IMG/VR virus record: IMGVR_UViG_3300003690_000024
Coordinates: 1-64,000 of that record
Length of the DNA: 64,000 nt
Strand: one strand, 5' to 3'
Source: a virus
Shown: piece by piece, positions 1-8,666 of the stretch
Layout: every line of letters begins with the position of its first letter
Position numbering within the stretch: the stretch's first letter is position 1
Position numbers and translations under genes: made by a program
Notes under the pieces: model-generated
What the model was told of the DNA's origin: nothing
Databases searched by the model: none
What the model saw: only the letters and a program-made list of their open reading frames with translations

Positions 1-62
1 TAGACCTGGACAAGCCAGAAACCCCAGAAGTGTTCCAGAGAGTGTTTGGGGGAGCAGAATGA
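1..62 (+). CDS. 3' end of an upstream gene (partial; ...DLDKPETPEVFQRVFGGAE*)
   Basis: Open frame from position 3 to TGA at 60-62, overlapping the next ATG as ATGA, like other gene junctions here. Confidence 0.6.
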   Translation, partial: DLDKPETPEVFQRVFGGAE

Positions 63-286
63 AACTCCTACTTGAAAACTGGCGAGAGTATATGAATGAA
101 GAAAGGATATCTGTAGAAGATATACACAATCGCGCAGATAAGTTAGGAATTCCTTGGGATGATAATACCGAGTTTATGAGTTGGACCAAAGATCTTACGG
201 GTAAATCTCATTTGGATAAAATGACCAATGAGGAGCTTTCTATTATTTATACAGCTTTAAAAAAGCGGGGTAAAGAAGGTAAATGA
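59..286 (+). CDS. Small hypothetical protein with MKLLLENW leader
   Basis: 75 aa ORF; N-terminus MKLLLENWREYMNEE shared with neighbouring genes; ATGA coupling at both ends. Confidence 0.8.
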   Translation: MKLLLENWREYMNEERISVEDIHNRADKLGIPWDDNTEFMSWTKDLTGKSHLDKMTNEELSIIYTALKKRGKEGK

Positions 287-1173
287 AACTCCTACTTGAA
301 AACTGGCGCAAATATGTCCTTAAAGAGGCATATATTTTGGACGATGACTTCTTCGAAGCTTCAATCGAGCAATTATTCGACAAATTGAAGGATTTTGGCG
401 ATAATACTTGGGTATTCTTCGATACGGAGACCACCGGGTTCAAACCAGAGAGCGCTCAGCTTACAGAAATTGCTGCAGTAGCTGCATACCCCAATAATTG
501 GCAATTTGAAGAGGTCGAGGCCGAAAAAGGCCTCTTTTACGACAAAATTAAGCTAAATCCGGAGACTTTAGCTGGTTTTGAGGCTTCTGATGACCCAAAA
601 GCCAAATATCCGCTTGAATTGACTCGATATGGGATGCCAAGCGACGAATATCGCGAAAAATACCCCAAAGGCATGCCTAATGAGGTCGATGTCATCAAAG
701 AGTTCCTTATATACGTCGAAAATCAGCCAAATCCGGTCCTGGTGGCCCAAAATGCCGAATTTGACATCAATTTCATCCAAACAAGGGCCGATTTTTACGA
801 TTTAAGCGTTAATTTAAGAAATTATCCCATCTTTGATACAATGATGTTGATAAAACTGTGGCATAACTCATTAATCAAGACATTAGCCGACGAAGGAGAC
901 GAAAGGGCACAAATTATATTGCAAGCACTCACTATGACGGGTAAATTTGGTGATTATGTGACTTCTTCGATGGGCCCAGTGTCAAAAGCCTATGAAATTA
1001 GCACAGATGAGTGGCATAATGCCTTAGCGGACGTTAAAATGATGATGGAGATGACAAAAGTGATATTTATGGCCCTTCAAGAGGCTTCTGATGTCGATAT
1101 TTCGAGATATCAAGGTAGAACGGCGTGGGGGCTTCGGAAAAAGAAGCACGGGTACCATAGGAGCGACAAATGA
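283..1173 (+). CDS. DEDDh 3'-5' exonuclease (DnaQ/RNase T-like) with MKLLLENW leader
   Basis: ExoI VFFDTETTG, ExoII AQNAEFD, ExoIII HNALADV. Confidence 0.85.
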   Translation: MKLLLENWRKYVLKEAYILDDDFFEASIEQLFDKLKDFGDNTWVFFDTETTGFKPESAQLTEIAAVAAYPNNWQFEEVEAEKGLFYDKIKLNPETLAGFEASDDPKAKYPLELTRYGMPSDEYREKYPKGMPNEVDVIKEFLIYVENQPNPVLVAQNAEFDINFIQTRADFYDLSVNLRNYPIFDTMMLIKLWHNSLIKTLADEGDERAQIILQALTMTGKFGDYVTSSMGPVSKAYEISTDEWHNALADVKMMMEMTKVIFMALQEASDVDISRYQGRTAWGLRKKKHGYHRSDK

Positions 1174-1201
1174 GAAGAAAACCCTTTGTTGCTACTTTTG
1201 A

Positions 1202-1209
1202 ACTATTTA
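1202..1209 (+). promoter_or_regulatory. Candidate phage late promoter ACTA(T/A)TTA (also at 2840, 4913, 8636, 38663, 44691)
   Basis: Same octamer recurs 3-23 nt upstream of start codons. Confidence 0.5.
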
Positions 1210-1228
1210 ATAAGGTAGGAGAGATATT

Positions 1229-2260
1229 ATGGACCTAATAATGGAAAATTGGAGGAAATTCGTACATGAACAAGAGGAGGAGGAGGCTAATCCCTTTGGC
1301 CCTCGACCCTCTGATGCTCCGACAAGATTCACAACGGCTGACTTATCCCCAGAGCAATTTGTACAAATGATTGATGCCTGGGGCGCGCCAGGCAGTGGTT
1401 CAAGACATACTGCAGAAGAGATTTATGCAAAGCTGGGCGGCAAAGAAGTGCTGGCAAAGAATTATGCAATCTTAAAAAAGAGAATGGAGGCAGAGGGCAA
1501 AGGCAAACTGCCGCGAAAATACATGCCTGTCGTTAAAAAGGGATTCGTAGAGGATTTGTTTAATCGATTGAAGAAGGGTAAGCTAGACTGGACTGAGCCT
1601 TTCGCTAAAGGCTCAAAGAAGGCTCGTGGCGACGGCGGTTACGAAGGCAAACATGGCGCCGGAAGAGGCGGGAGAATTAAAAGCAAAAAAACACGAAAAC
1701 TTGCGGCGCAATCTATAAAAGAATTTGATTATGGGAGGGGAGATTATAGTCCAGAGGAAAAAGAAAAATATGCACAATATATACCATCTAAGAACTTCCC
1801 CAGTTTGCAAGACTTTGAGACAATGCCCGATCCAGAGAAGTCTAAGAGTTACTGGTTGAACAAAGGAAAGCTAGACGGAGACAAAGGAGATGATATTATA
1901 GCACCAGAATTTACTACCATGCCTGTGGCTGACCTTCATCCCTCGCAAGACAGAGTTTATGCTGACAAGATTGGGTGGAAATTATTAGAGTATGGAGCCG
2001 GTGTTCTGGCACCCCTAAAAGACCCGGATCTTGTGGATCCAAATACAGGCGACGAATCCCCGGAGGCCGACTGGAGATATCGTTCTATTGCCATTGAAGG
2101 TGGCCTTCTTTTAGACGGTCACCACAAATGGGCTCTTGCCGCGTTGTCCGGTGCAGACGCAAAGGTACCGGTATTGTTTATACCAAATCTTGACTTAGCC
2201 ACAACAATTAACCTTCTACGCTCCTATGGTGCGGCGCAAGGCTTTGCAGGGCAGGCATAA
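1229..2260 (+). CDS. Protein with C-terminal ParB/sulfiredoxin-like domain and MDLIMENW leader
   Basis: LHPSQDRVY and LLLDGHHKWA motifs typical of the ParB-N/Srx fold; AGGAGA SD upstream. Confidence 0.65.
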   Translation: MDLIMENWRKFVHEQEEEEANPFGPRPSDAPTRFTTADLSPEQFVQMIDAWGAPGSGSRHTAEEIYAKLGGKEVLAKNYAILKKRMEAEGKGKLPRKYMPVVKKGFVEDLFNRLKKGKLDWTEPFAKGSKKARGDGGYEGKHGAGRGGRIKSKKTRKLAAQSIKEFDYGRGDYSPEEKEKYAQYIPSKNFPSLQDFETMPDPEKSKSYWLNKGKLDGDKGDDIIAPEFTTMPVADLHPSQDRVYADKIGWKLLEYGAGVLAPLKDPDLVDPNTGDESPEADWRYRSIAIEGGLLLDGHHKWALAALSGADAKVPVLFIPNLDLATTINLLRSYGAAQGFAGQA

Positions 2261-2262
2261 CA

Positions 2263-2331
2263 ATGAAAATCACCAAATCACAACTCAAACAGATTATTAA
2301 GGAAGAACCCGAAGCCGCCACAGGGCAGTAA
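2263..2331 (+). CDS. 22-aa leader-only peptide MKITKSQLKQIIKEEPEAATGQ
   Basis: Below the ORF-track cutoff; ATG 2263 to TAA 2331 fills the gap between two genes exactly; matches the second leader class. Confidence 0.6.
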   Translation: MKITKSQLKQIIKEEPEAATGQ

Positions 2332-2332
2332 G

Positions 2333-2848
2333 ATGAAACTCCTAATTGAAAACTGGCGAAAATACCTAAAAGAAGCCGATAATTTGGAGCAAAAGGTCTA
2401 TTCGTTCGACTTTGACAACACCCTCATCCGTTATCACACTTTAGAAGACGGAGATGTTGTATATCTTGGACCTCACGAAGAAAACATCCAATTAGTTAAA
2501 GATTTGGCGGCCGAAGGCAACAAAGTTGTTATTGTTACGTCACGCTGTAAATTAAAAGGCGAAAAAAAGCCATGGGACGATACACCAACCCCAGAAGAGG
2601 CTATAATCGAATTTGGATTGCCTATTGAAGAAGTCTATTATACCTTTGGCGATTTTAAGGCAGACAAGCTTGTAGAGTTGGGGGTTGCAAAACATTGGGA
2701 CGATGATGAAGAAGAGGTCGCAGCTGCAGAAGTAGCAGGCATCGAAGCAGTTTTGGTCCCTACAGAGTCGGGCATCACCGATAGATTACGAAATAAATGG
2801 TGTGATTATAACGAAGAAATGAAAAAGGACTGGGAAACAACTAATTAA
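2333..2848 (+). CDS. HAD-superfamily phosphatase with MKLLIENW leader
   Basis: Motif I FDFDNTL, motif II VIVTSR, K in FKADK, motif IV HWDDD. Confidence 0.8.
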   Translation: MKLLIENWRKYLKEADNLEQKVYSFDFDNTLIRYHTLEDGDVVYLGPHEENIQLVKDLAAEGNKVVIVTSRCKLKGEKKPWDDTPTPEEAIIEFGLPIEEVYYTFGDFKADKLVELGVAKHWDDDEEEVAAAEVAGIEAVLVPTESGITDRLRNKWCDYNEEMKKDWETTN

Positions 2849-2870
2849 TTATGCGCCGGAGCTTCGTGTT

Positions 2871-3332
2871 ATGAAAAAGTCAGAAATTTTAAGAATAATT
2901 AGAGAAGAGGTCGAGGTTATCTTGACAAATAATGAAGCAGTTGAAATATTTGATCTCGATCCGGTGTCATTATTAGATAAGATGATGAGTGAAACAGAAT
3001 CTGACTCTGGATCTGATTTTTTGAAGAGCAAGGGTCACGATCCCGAAACAGCCGCACCTTTTAAAGGAACCAAAACGAAGAGAGGAGCAGCAAAACGCCA
3101 ACGTCGCAAAGAAAAACCTGCCGGGGAAGAGATCGAAGATCTTGAAGAAACCGAAGACAAGTCTTTTTCCAAGGCCGGAGAAGAAATCAAAGAAAAGGGC
3201 ACCGAGGGTGTCTTTACGGCCAAGGCAAAGAAAGCCGGCATGGGAGTGCAGGCATGCAAAGCTAGTACCAAGACCAAGCGCCAAGCTGCGTTTGCCAAAG
3301 GCGCTGCAACTGTTGCGCGGGAAAATAAATAA
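2871..3332 (+). CDS. Charged hypothetical protein with MKKSEILRIIREE leader
   Basis: 153 aa, Lys/Glu-rich, second leader class. Confidence 0.7.
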   Translation: MKKSEILRIIREEVEVILTNNEAVEIFDLDPVSLLDKMMSETESDSGSDFLKSKGHDPETAAPFKGTKTKRGAAKRQRRKEKPAGEEIEDLEETEDKSFSKAGEEIKEKGTEGVFTAKAKKAGMGVQACKASTKTKRQAAFAKGAATVARENK

Positions 3333-4057
3333 TGAGCGTAGATTATAAACAATTAAAATCCCTTGTTAGAGAGGCCATGTTTACTGGCGGAGGCATTAAT
3401 GAGCCCTCAGCGCCCGAAGGAATACCTATACGTACGCCGGCGGCAGACATCAGTGGCAAAGAGCAGGATATGGGAGATCCCAAAGCAAACAAGCTTTACG
3501 AGGTGGCGCTAAAGGCTCGCGAGGCTACTGAGGAACTTATAGAAAAATTAGATCAGCCCATATACGATGAGCCATATGAGCATGCTTTTAAAGCGTCTGC
3601 ATCTCTTCGAAGAGTATTGAATAGCCTTATTGAGTCTGGCGCCCATCCGATGCCGTGGCAGCAGGTGGTGCCTCCGCCCAGTAAACAACAAAAATATGGC
3701 AATTATGTTCCCTATCAAGGTGCCCTAGCTTACGGTGCTGATGTTGGTATTCTGGGAAAGGGCCAGCTCGAAGAGGAAGGGCCCGCAGGACAAGAAGTGC
3801 CGGCGGCGGCTGGTAAAACTCAAGGAGGCCGTGCGAAGAAGATAGCCGCGGCCGCAGAAATGGGAGGAGCCCAAAGTCAAGAAGCGATTGAGCAGCAGTT
3901 AGCTGCAGTCTTGACCGGTAAGGGTGTTACTCCTATACGATTGCGCGATGCTTTAATCTCTTTGCTGACAGATTTAGGTTTATCCAATGCAAAGCCCGTG
4001 GCGGTTCTTATTGCCAAAGGGTTGGCCGCCAAACAAAAGGAACAACAAGGAAAATAG
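3332..4057 (+). CDS. Hypothetical protein (leader-like start YKQLKSLVREAM)
   Basis: 241 aa ORF, TAATG-coupled to the upstream gene. Confidence 0.7.
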   Translation: MSVDYKQLKSLVREAMFTGGGINEPSAPEGIPIRTPAADISGKEQDMGDPKANKLYEVALKAREATEELIEKLDQPIYDEPYEHAFKASASLRRVLNSLIESGAHPMPWQQVVPPPSKQQKYGNYVPYQGALAYGADVGILGKGQLEEEGPAGQEVPAAAGKTQGGRAKKIAAAAEMGGAQSQEAIEQQLAAVLTGKGVTPIRLRDALISLLTDLGLSNAKPVAVLIAKGLAAKQKEQQGK

Positions 4058-4059
4058 TC

Positions 4060-4395
4060 ATGAAATTAACAAGAAAATCTTTGCGGGCCCTAATCACCGA
4101 AGAACTTCTTCACCAAAATTCTGTACTTTTAGAAATGCCCGAACGAGAGGAACAACGCGGCACGCACGAAGAAAGAGGCCCCGTGCAGGTTGATCCTGAC
4201 GGCCATGAAGAAGAAATAGCAAAAAGATCTCTCTATCATATGTCTCAGCAATCTCAGCAACTCCATGATATGCTAACGGATGATGAAAGCTTAGAGCCGT
4301 GGGTACAAGATAAGATTACTAAAGCTGCGGATTATTTAGAACAGGCCTTTAAAGCTATCACTTATGATAAAGGGCCTGGGCAAGAGAGAAGTTAA
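4060..4395 (+). CDS. Hypothetical phage protein with MKLTRKSLRALITEE leader
   Basis: 111 aa; helical C-terminal segment LEPWVQDKITKAADYL. Confidence 0.7.
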   Translation: MKLTRKSLRALITEELLHQNSVLLEMPEREEQRGTHEERGPVQVDPDGHEEEIAKRSLYHMSQQSQQLHDMLTDDESLEPWVQDKITKAADYLEQAFKAITYDKGPGQERS

Positions 4396-4397
4396 TT

Positions 4398-4598
4398 ATG
4401 TGGGACTGGGCACACTTTAAAGAAGAAGGGTGGTGGACACATACAAAGCGCTCATGCAGCCTTGCATTTCTTTTGTTGTTGTCTGGAGGAGCTATGATTC
4501 TTCATATATTAGTACCATTTTGGCAACAACCGAAGGCCCTGCAAAGAGCAGAGGTGGCCTGTAAGCTATGCGAAGGGTTGAACGAGCCGCGAGAGTGA
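4398..4598 (+). CDS. Small membrane protein (DUF6356-like)
   Basis: HFKE..W..H followed by hydrophobic segment LLLLSGGAMILHILVPFW. Confidence 0.5.
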   Translation: MWDWAHFKEEGWWTHTKRSCSLAFLLLLSGGAMILHILVPFWQQPKALQRAEVACKLCEGLNEPRE

Positions 4599-4603
4599 TG
4601 TAG

Positions 4604-4921
4604 ATGAGGAAGATCGTCAGGCTAGCTTATGTACTGACGATCTTTATTCTTATAGATCTAACTGCTACAATTTATTGGATTGCTAATGACTTGGGCCATG
4701 AAGCTAATCCAATAATGAACTTTTTTTTAGAGTTTTCGCCGCTTCTTTTTGTAGTTGCTAAATTAGGTTTAAGCGGCGTAGGAATTTGGATTCTTTATTT
4801 TTTTAGAAATCGGTTTAAAGCCGCTATTTTCAAAATCCTTTTAGGTCTAAACCTAGTTTATATCTCTATATTTGTGTATCATTTATGGGGTTTGCTTTTT
4901 CTTCTTTTTTCAACTATTTAA
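4604..4921 (+). CDS. Three-helix membrane protein (DUF5658-like)
   Basis: D..AT.. and EANPIM motif, three hydrophobic helices. Confidence 0.65.
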   Translation: MRKIVRLAYVLTIFILIDLTATIYWIANDLGHEANPIMNFFLEFSPLLFVVAKLGLSGVGIWILYFFRNRFKAAIFKILLGLNLVYISIFVYHLWGLLFLLFSTI

Positions 4922-4927
4922 TAGATA

Positions 4928-6052
4928 ATGTATAAATGTATCAATAATACTATCGGGAATGTTTATCACCTTGAGCAAATAGTAGATAATTTCTTTCCCT
5001 ATTCTCAAAAAAAGCTAGGGTTCGACAAAGACGTTACCATTATTTTTCAAAGCGATGAAGAGAATGCTTCAAAAGTGCTTGGTAAAACAGCACACTATGA
5101 CCCCACCAATCACGAAGTGATGTTATATATAGATAATCGCCACCCCAAAGATATTCTACGGTCACTATCTCATGAATTAGTCCACCATGCGCAGAATTGT
5201 CGAGGCGATTTTACTGGGGACTCAGCTACTTATGATGGATATGCGCAAAAGAATCCCCATCTTCGAAAAATGGAAAGAGAAGCATATACGAAAGGTAATT
5301 TGATCTTTAGAGATTTTGAAGACCTAATTAAGACAGGAAAAATTAACATCGAGATTGATTTCTCGGACTCAGGAGAACCAGAGATGTCGTTAAAAGAGTG
5401 GAAGAATAATGAAATCAACAAGAAGTTGATGAAGAAGTGGGGACTTCTTAAGGAAGAAAGAGGCCCATCTTCAGACCAGCCCGGCAAAAGTCACCGGGGA
5501 GAATCCTGCGCTGAAGCACATCCCGAAGAGACTGCTGAAGCCGGCGGCGATATCGCCGAGGGCCACCGGGCATGGATGGATCGCGGCGGCAACGGCGAAG
5601 ATGAATTAGAAGAAAGCGGCCTGTATCGCGACGACGACGAGGGCGCGTGGGGTCCTACCCGTCGTCATGATGATCCTATTCCTGTAGTGGGCGACGACGA
5701 CCCCGATATTGGCGCGTGGTCGCGAGAAAAAGACCCGGCGGAGGATCCGGAGCATCTGGATCCGTCGGGGCGCATGCGCTTAGATTACGAGCGGGATCCG
5801 GTCCATTTTAAGGGATGGGGCGGCGCGAGTCGAGGTATGAAGGGCCCGGAAGTTCCCGGCTTCGATGAACCTGAGCCCAAGACCTGGGATCGGCGCCCCG
5901 ATCGCGCTGCTAGCGAAGAAGAGCACGGTGACTGGAAAGAACGAAAGCGTGCAGCTTTCGCCAAGCAGTTCAAAGAGGGCAAAATCTCTGTAAAAGAAGT
6001 AAAAGAAATTACTCGACGTATTATCGAGCGTATTAAAAAGGAAGGTAAATAA
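4928..6052 (+). CDS. Zn-metallopeptidase-like protein (HExxH) with long acidic, GC-rich C-terminal region
   Basis: ILRSLSHELVHHAQ and downstream EREAY (gluzincin-like third ligand). Confidence 0.7.
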   Translation: MYKCINNTIGNVYHLEQIVDNFFPYSQKKLGFDKDVTIIFQSDEENASKVLGKTAHYDPTNHEVMLYIDNRHPKDILRSLSHELVHHAQNCRGDFTGDSATYDGYAQKNPHLRKMEREAYTKGNLIFRDFEDLIKTGKINIEIDFSDSGEPEMSLKEWKNNEINKKLMKKWGLLKEERGPSSDQPGKSHRGESCAEAHPEETAEAGGDIAEGHRAWMDRGGNGEDELEESGLYRDDDEGAWGPTRRHDDPIPVVGDDDPDIGAWSREKDPAEDPEHLDPSGRMRLDYERDPVHFKGWGGASRGMKGPEVPGFDEPEPKTWDRRPDRAASEEEHGDWKERKRAAFAKQFKEGKISVKEVKEITRRIIERIKKEGK

Positions 6053-6053
6053 A

Positions 6054-6260
6054 ATGGTTGCACCATGGATTAAAAAGAAGAGAGCAGCTGCGGCTGTAGT
6101 AACAGATGCGCCGGCTGTGGTCGAGGCTCCAAAGACTTCCCCGTCGGGACCAGTCGTCGCGACGGTTGTTGAAGAGGTTGCCCCTGTGGCCGAAGCATTA
6201 AAGGCCAAGAAGCTCCGTGCTCGACGCAGCACAAAGACTACAGCTACTTCTGGAGATTAG
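6054..6260 (+). CDS. Small Ala/Val/Lys-rich hypothetical protein
   Basis: 68 aa ORF in operon register. Confidence 0.55.
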   Translation: MVAPWIKKKRAAAAVVTDAPAVVEAPKTSPSGPVVATVVEEVAPVAEALKAKKLRARRSTKTTATSGD

Positions 6261-6263
6261 AGG

Positions 6264-6509
6264 GTGGACTTTCGCCGCATGACTCGCGAGTTCTTGCTAG
6301 GCGAGAGCCAAGCTCCCAGTTTGGCCAGCTATATTCAATCAATCTCGGAAGTTTTAAGCTCAGTCACCCCTAGGTCTCGCACTGATGAGCGCCGTATTGA
6401 GATGGCAAAGAATAGTTTAAAAGAAGTACGTCGGCATGCGCGTCGACTCCAAGAAAGAGTTAATCTTCTAGAAGAGCAAGTTAAAATTTTAGAAGAAAGT
6501 AAGGGGTAA
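6264..6509 (+). CDS. Small coiled-coil hypothetical protein
   Basis: GTG start after GAGG; heptad-like C-terminus LQERVNLLEEQVKILEE. Confidence 0.65.
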   Translation: MDFRRMTREFLLGESQAPSLASYIQSISEVLSSVTPRSRTDERRIEMAKNSLKEVRRHARRLQERVNLLEEQVKILEESKG

Positions 6510-6513
6510 ACTA

Positions 6514-8664
6514 ATGGGCGGCGTCTTTGGACACATGTCTCACATTTATGATAATCCAAGTATGACCTTTGGTCAAATTAAGGATATTATGACGAAGGCT
6601 GCTGACGGTAAACTGGAGAACGTTACAGAAAAAACAGATGGTCAGAATCTGTTTGTTTCTTATAATGTAGGCGATGGAACTCAAAGGTGGGTAGAAGAAG
6701 CACAAGTTCGTGCTGCTCGGAACAAAGGCGATATCAAGAACGGCGGAATGACGCCGGAACAATTGGCCACAAAGTATGCCGGGCGAGGAGCGCTAGAGGA
6801 AGCTTTTGTTAATGCTTTCCGCGCTTTTGCTCGAACTATGGATAAGCTTTCTGATGAACAGAAGCTAACCCTTTTCGGACCCGACACAAACATATACTAT
6901 AATGCCGAAGTGATGGACCCAGCAAATCCTAATGTCATTAACTATGATACAAAAACATTTTTGATTCATCGCGCGGGACATGCAGAATACGATAAAGAAA
7001 CAGGAAAACCTATCAAGGGAGAAAAAGGTTTTTCGGAACGACAAGCCCAAAGGCTCCAGGATATTCTTGAACAATCGCAAGAAGAATTAGCTGACGATCA
7101 GTTTAGGGTTCAAGTTAATGCTATTCGTAAGGACTTGGAGCCCCTATCTGATGGGATAATTTTAGAAACAGCGATCGCTGGTATTGATAGGGCTATGAGC
7201 GCATCTGGGATGAATGACGACGATACCATTGCAGACTATATTTTTGCTCAATGGAAAGAGTTGGTTGGAGCCACACTACCCGAACTAACAGGCAAACAAG
7301 AAAAGCTCATCATCGATCGTGTTATGACTGATTACTATGGCGCCCTAGAAGGAGAAGGACCTCTAAAATCTAAAGGGCTTGAAACTCGACAAATTAAAAA
7401 AGCTATTGGCCGGCCAGACTTGGATGAAGCAATTATTTCTTTAATCAAAGACTATCCTAGACACTTTAAAGAATTTATTTTCCCCATTGAAAGCGTTATC
7501 CATCGATTTGCCGTTGAGATTCTCCGTGCTGTAAAAAGTGCATATATTATAGCTGCTGGAGGTAATGAAGCGGAGGTAGCAAGACTTCAAGCCCTGGTAG
7601 GCAACGCCATCGATACAATTCAAGCGTCCGGTAACGAAGAAGCTATGGAAATTATTAAAGATCAAGTAGAAAAACTTAGTAGAATTGAGGACGATGGTTC
7701 TATCGGGGACGTTGATCTAAGTATGATTTCGTCTGCGGCAGAAGGTATCGTTTTTGATTACGATGGACATACCTATAAATTTACCGGTGGTTTTGCGCCG
7801 GCCAACCAAATCCTAGGTTTATTCAAGTATGGGCGCAAGGGCATTCCAGCTTTTGCGGCTGAACTTGATGAGGGACTCATTCTTGAACAGAATAATAAAC
7901 AATTAATTGCCATATTTCCCGGGCGGTTCCAACCTATGGGGCCGCATCATGCCGAAACTTATAAAAAGTTGGCTCACAAATTTGGTCCGGACAACACTTT
8001 TATCGCTACTTCCAATATTGTGAAGCTTCCAAAATCCCCCTTAGATTTTGAACAAAAAAAGCGTATAATGATTAAACACGGAATTCCCGAAAGTCAAATT
8101 GTGCAAACTAAGAATCCTTATCAAGCAACCGAAATTACTAGTCGTTTTGACCCCGCGGGAGCAGCTGTTATCTTTGCTGTGGGCAAAAAAGATATGGATG
8201 AGGATCCTCGATTTGCAAATCTTGGGGGCCTTACAAAAAAAGGGGAGCCGGCATATTATAAAAAGTTTGATCCTAGCTTAGAGTTAGATAGTTTAGATAC
8301 GCATGGGTATATTACTGTTGCTCCTCACGTTTCTCGTAAAGTATCTAGCGGAAGAGAAATGAGCGGCACCACCTTGCGAGAATTTCTAAAAACAGCCGAT
8401 CGTCAAGAATTCGAAGAAGTGATGGGGTTTTTTGATGAAGAGATTTTCGAAATGCTCCAAGGGGCTCTACAAGAAATGAGTTCAATGGCTGGAGGGAACG
8501 TCCAAGGGGGATACTCAAAGAGTCCGTGGAAAGGCTTTGATGCAGTCTCTTTTAACAAAAAACAGAAAAATAATGCAAAGCTCCGCGGAGCGAAAGAATT
8601 CCTAGGAGAAGAAGAGCTGGTTAATGAAGTAGTTGACTATTTACTAGGTATAACGGTGGGCTAA
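6514..8664 (+). CDS. Fusion of ligase-like nucleotidyltransferase and HIGH-superfamily (NMNAT/cytidylyltransferase-like) domains
   Basis: N-terminal TEKTDGQN (KxDG), YNAEVM, EGIVF, YKFTG; C-terminal FPGRFQPMGPHH and MSGTTLR. Confidence 0.7.
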   Translation: MGGVFGHMSHIYDNPSMTFGQIKDIMTKAADGKLENVTEKTDGQNLFVSYNVGDGTQRWVEEAQVRAARNKGDIKNGGMTPEQLATKYAGRGALEEAFVNAFRAFARTMDKLSDEQKLTLFGPDTNIYYNAEVMDPANPNVINYDTKTFLIHRAGHAEYDKETGKPIKGEKGFSERQAQRLQDILEQSQEELADDQFRVQVNAIRKDLEPLSDGIILETAIAGIDRAMSASGMNDDDTIADYIFAQWKELVGATLPELTGKQEKLIIDRVMTDYYGALEGEGPLKSKGLETRQIKKAIGRPDLDEAIISLIKDYPRHFKEFIFPIESVIHRFAVEILRAVKSAYIIAAGGNEAEVARLQALVGNAIDTIQASGNEEAMEIIKDQVEKLSRIEDDGSIGDVDLSMISSAAEGIVFDYDGHTYKFTGGFAPANQILGLFKYGRKGIPAFAAELDEGLILEQNNKQLIAIFPGRFQPMGPHHAETYKKLAHKFGPDNTFIATSNIVKLPKSPLDFEQKKRIMIKHGIPESQIVQTKNPYQATEITSRFDPAGAAVIFAVGKKDMDEDPRFANLGGLTKKGEPAYYKKFDPSLELDSLDTHGYITVAPHVSRKVSSGREMSGTTLREFLKTADRQEFEEVMGFFDEEIFEMLQGALQEMSSMAGGNVQGGYSKSPWKGFDAVSFNKKQKNNAKLRGAKEFLGEEELVNEVVDYLLGITVG

Positions 8665-8666
8665 AT

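Larger units (their letters stand above)
59..2358 (+). repeat. Dispersed 26-bp gene-start repeat ATGAAACTCCTA(C/A)TTGAAAACTGGCG at 59-84, 283-308 and 2333-2358
   Basis: Copies 1 and 2 identical; copy 3 matches 25/26. Confidence 0.9.
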
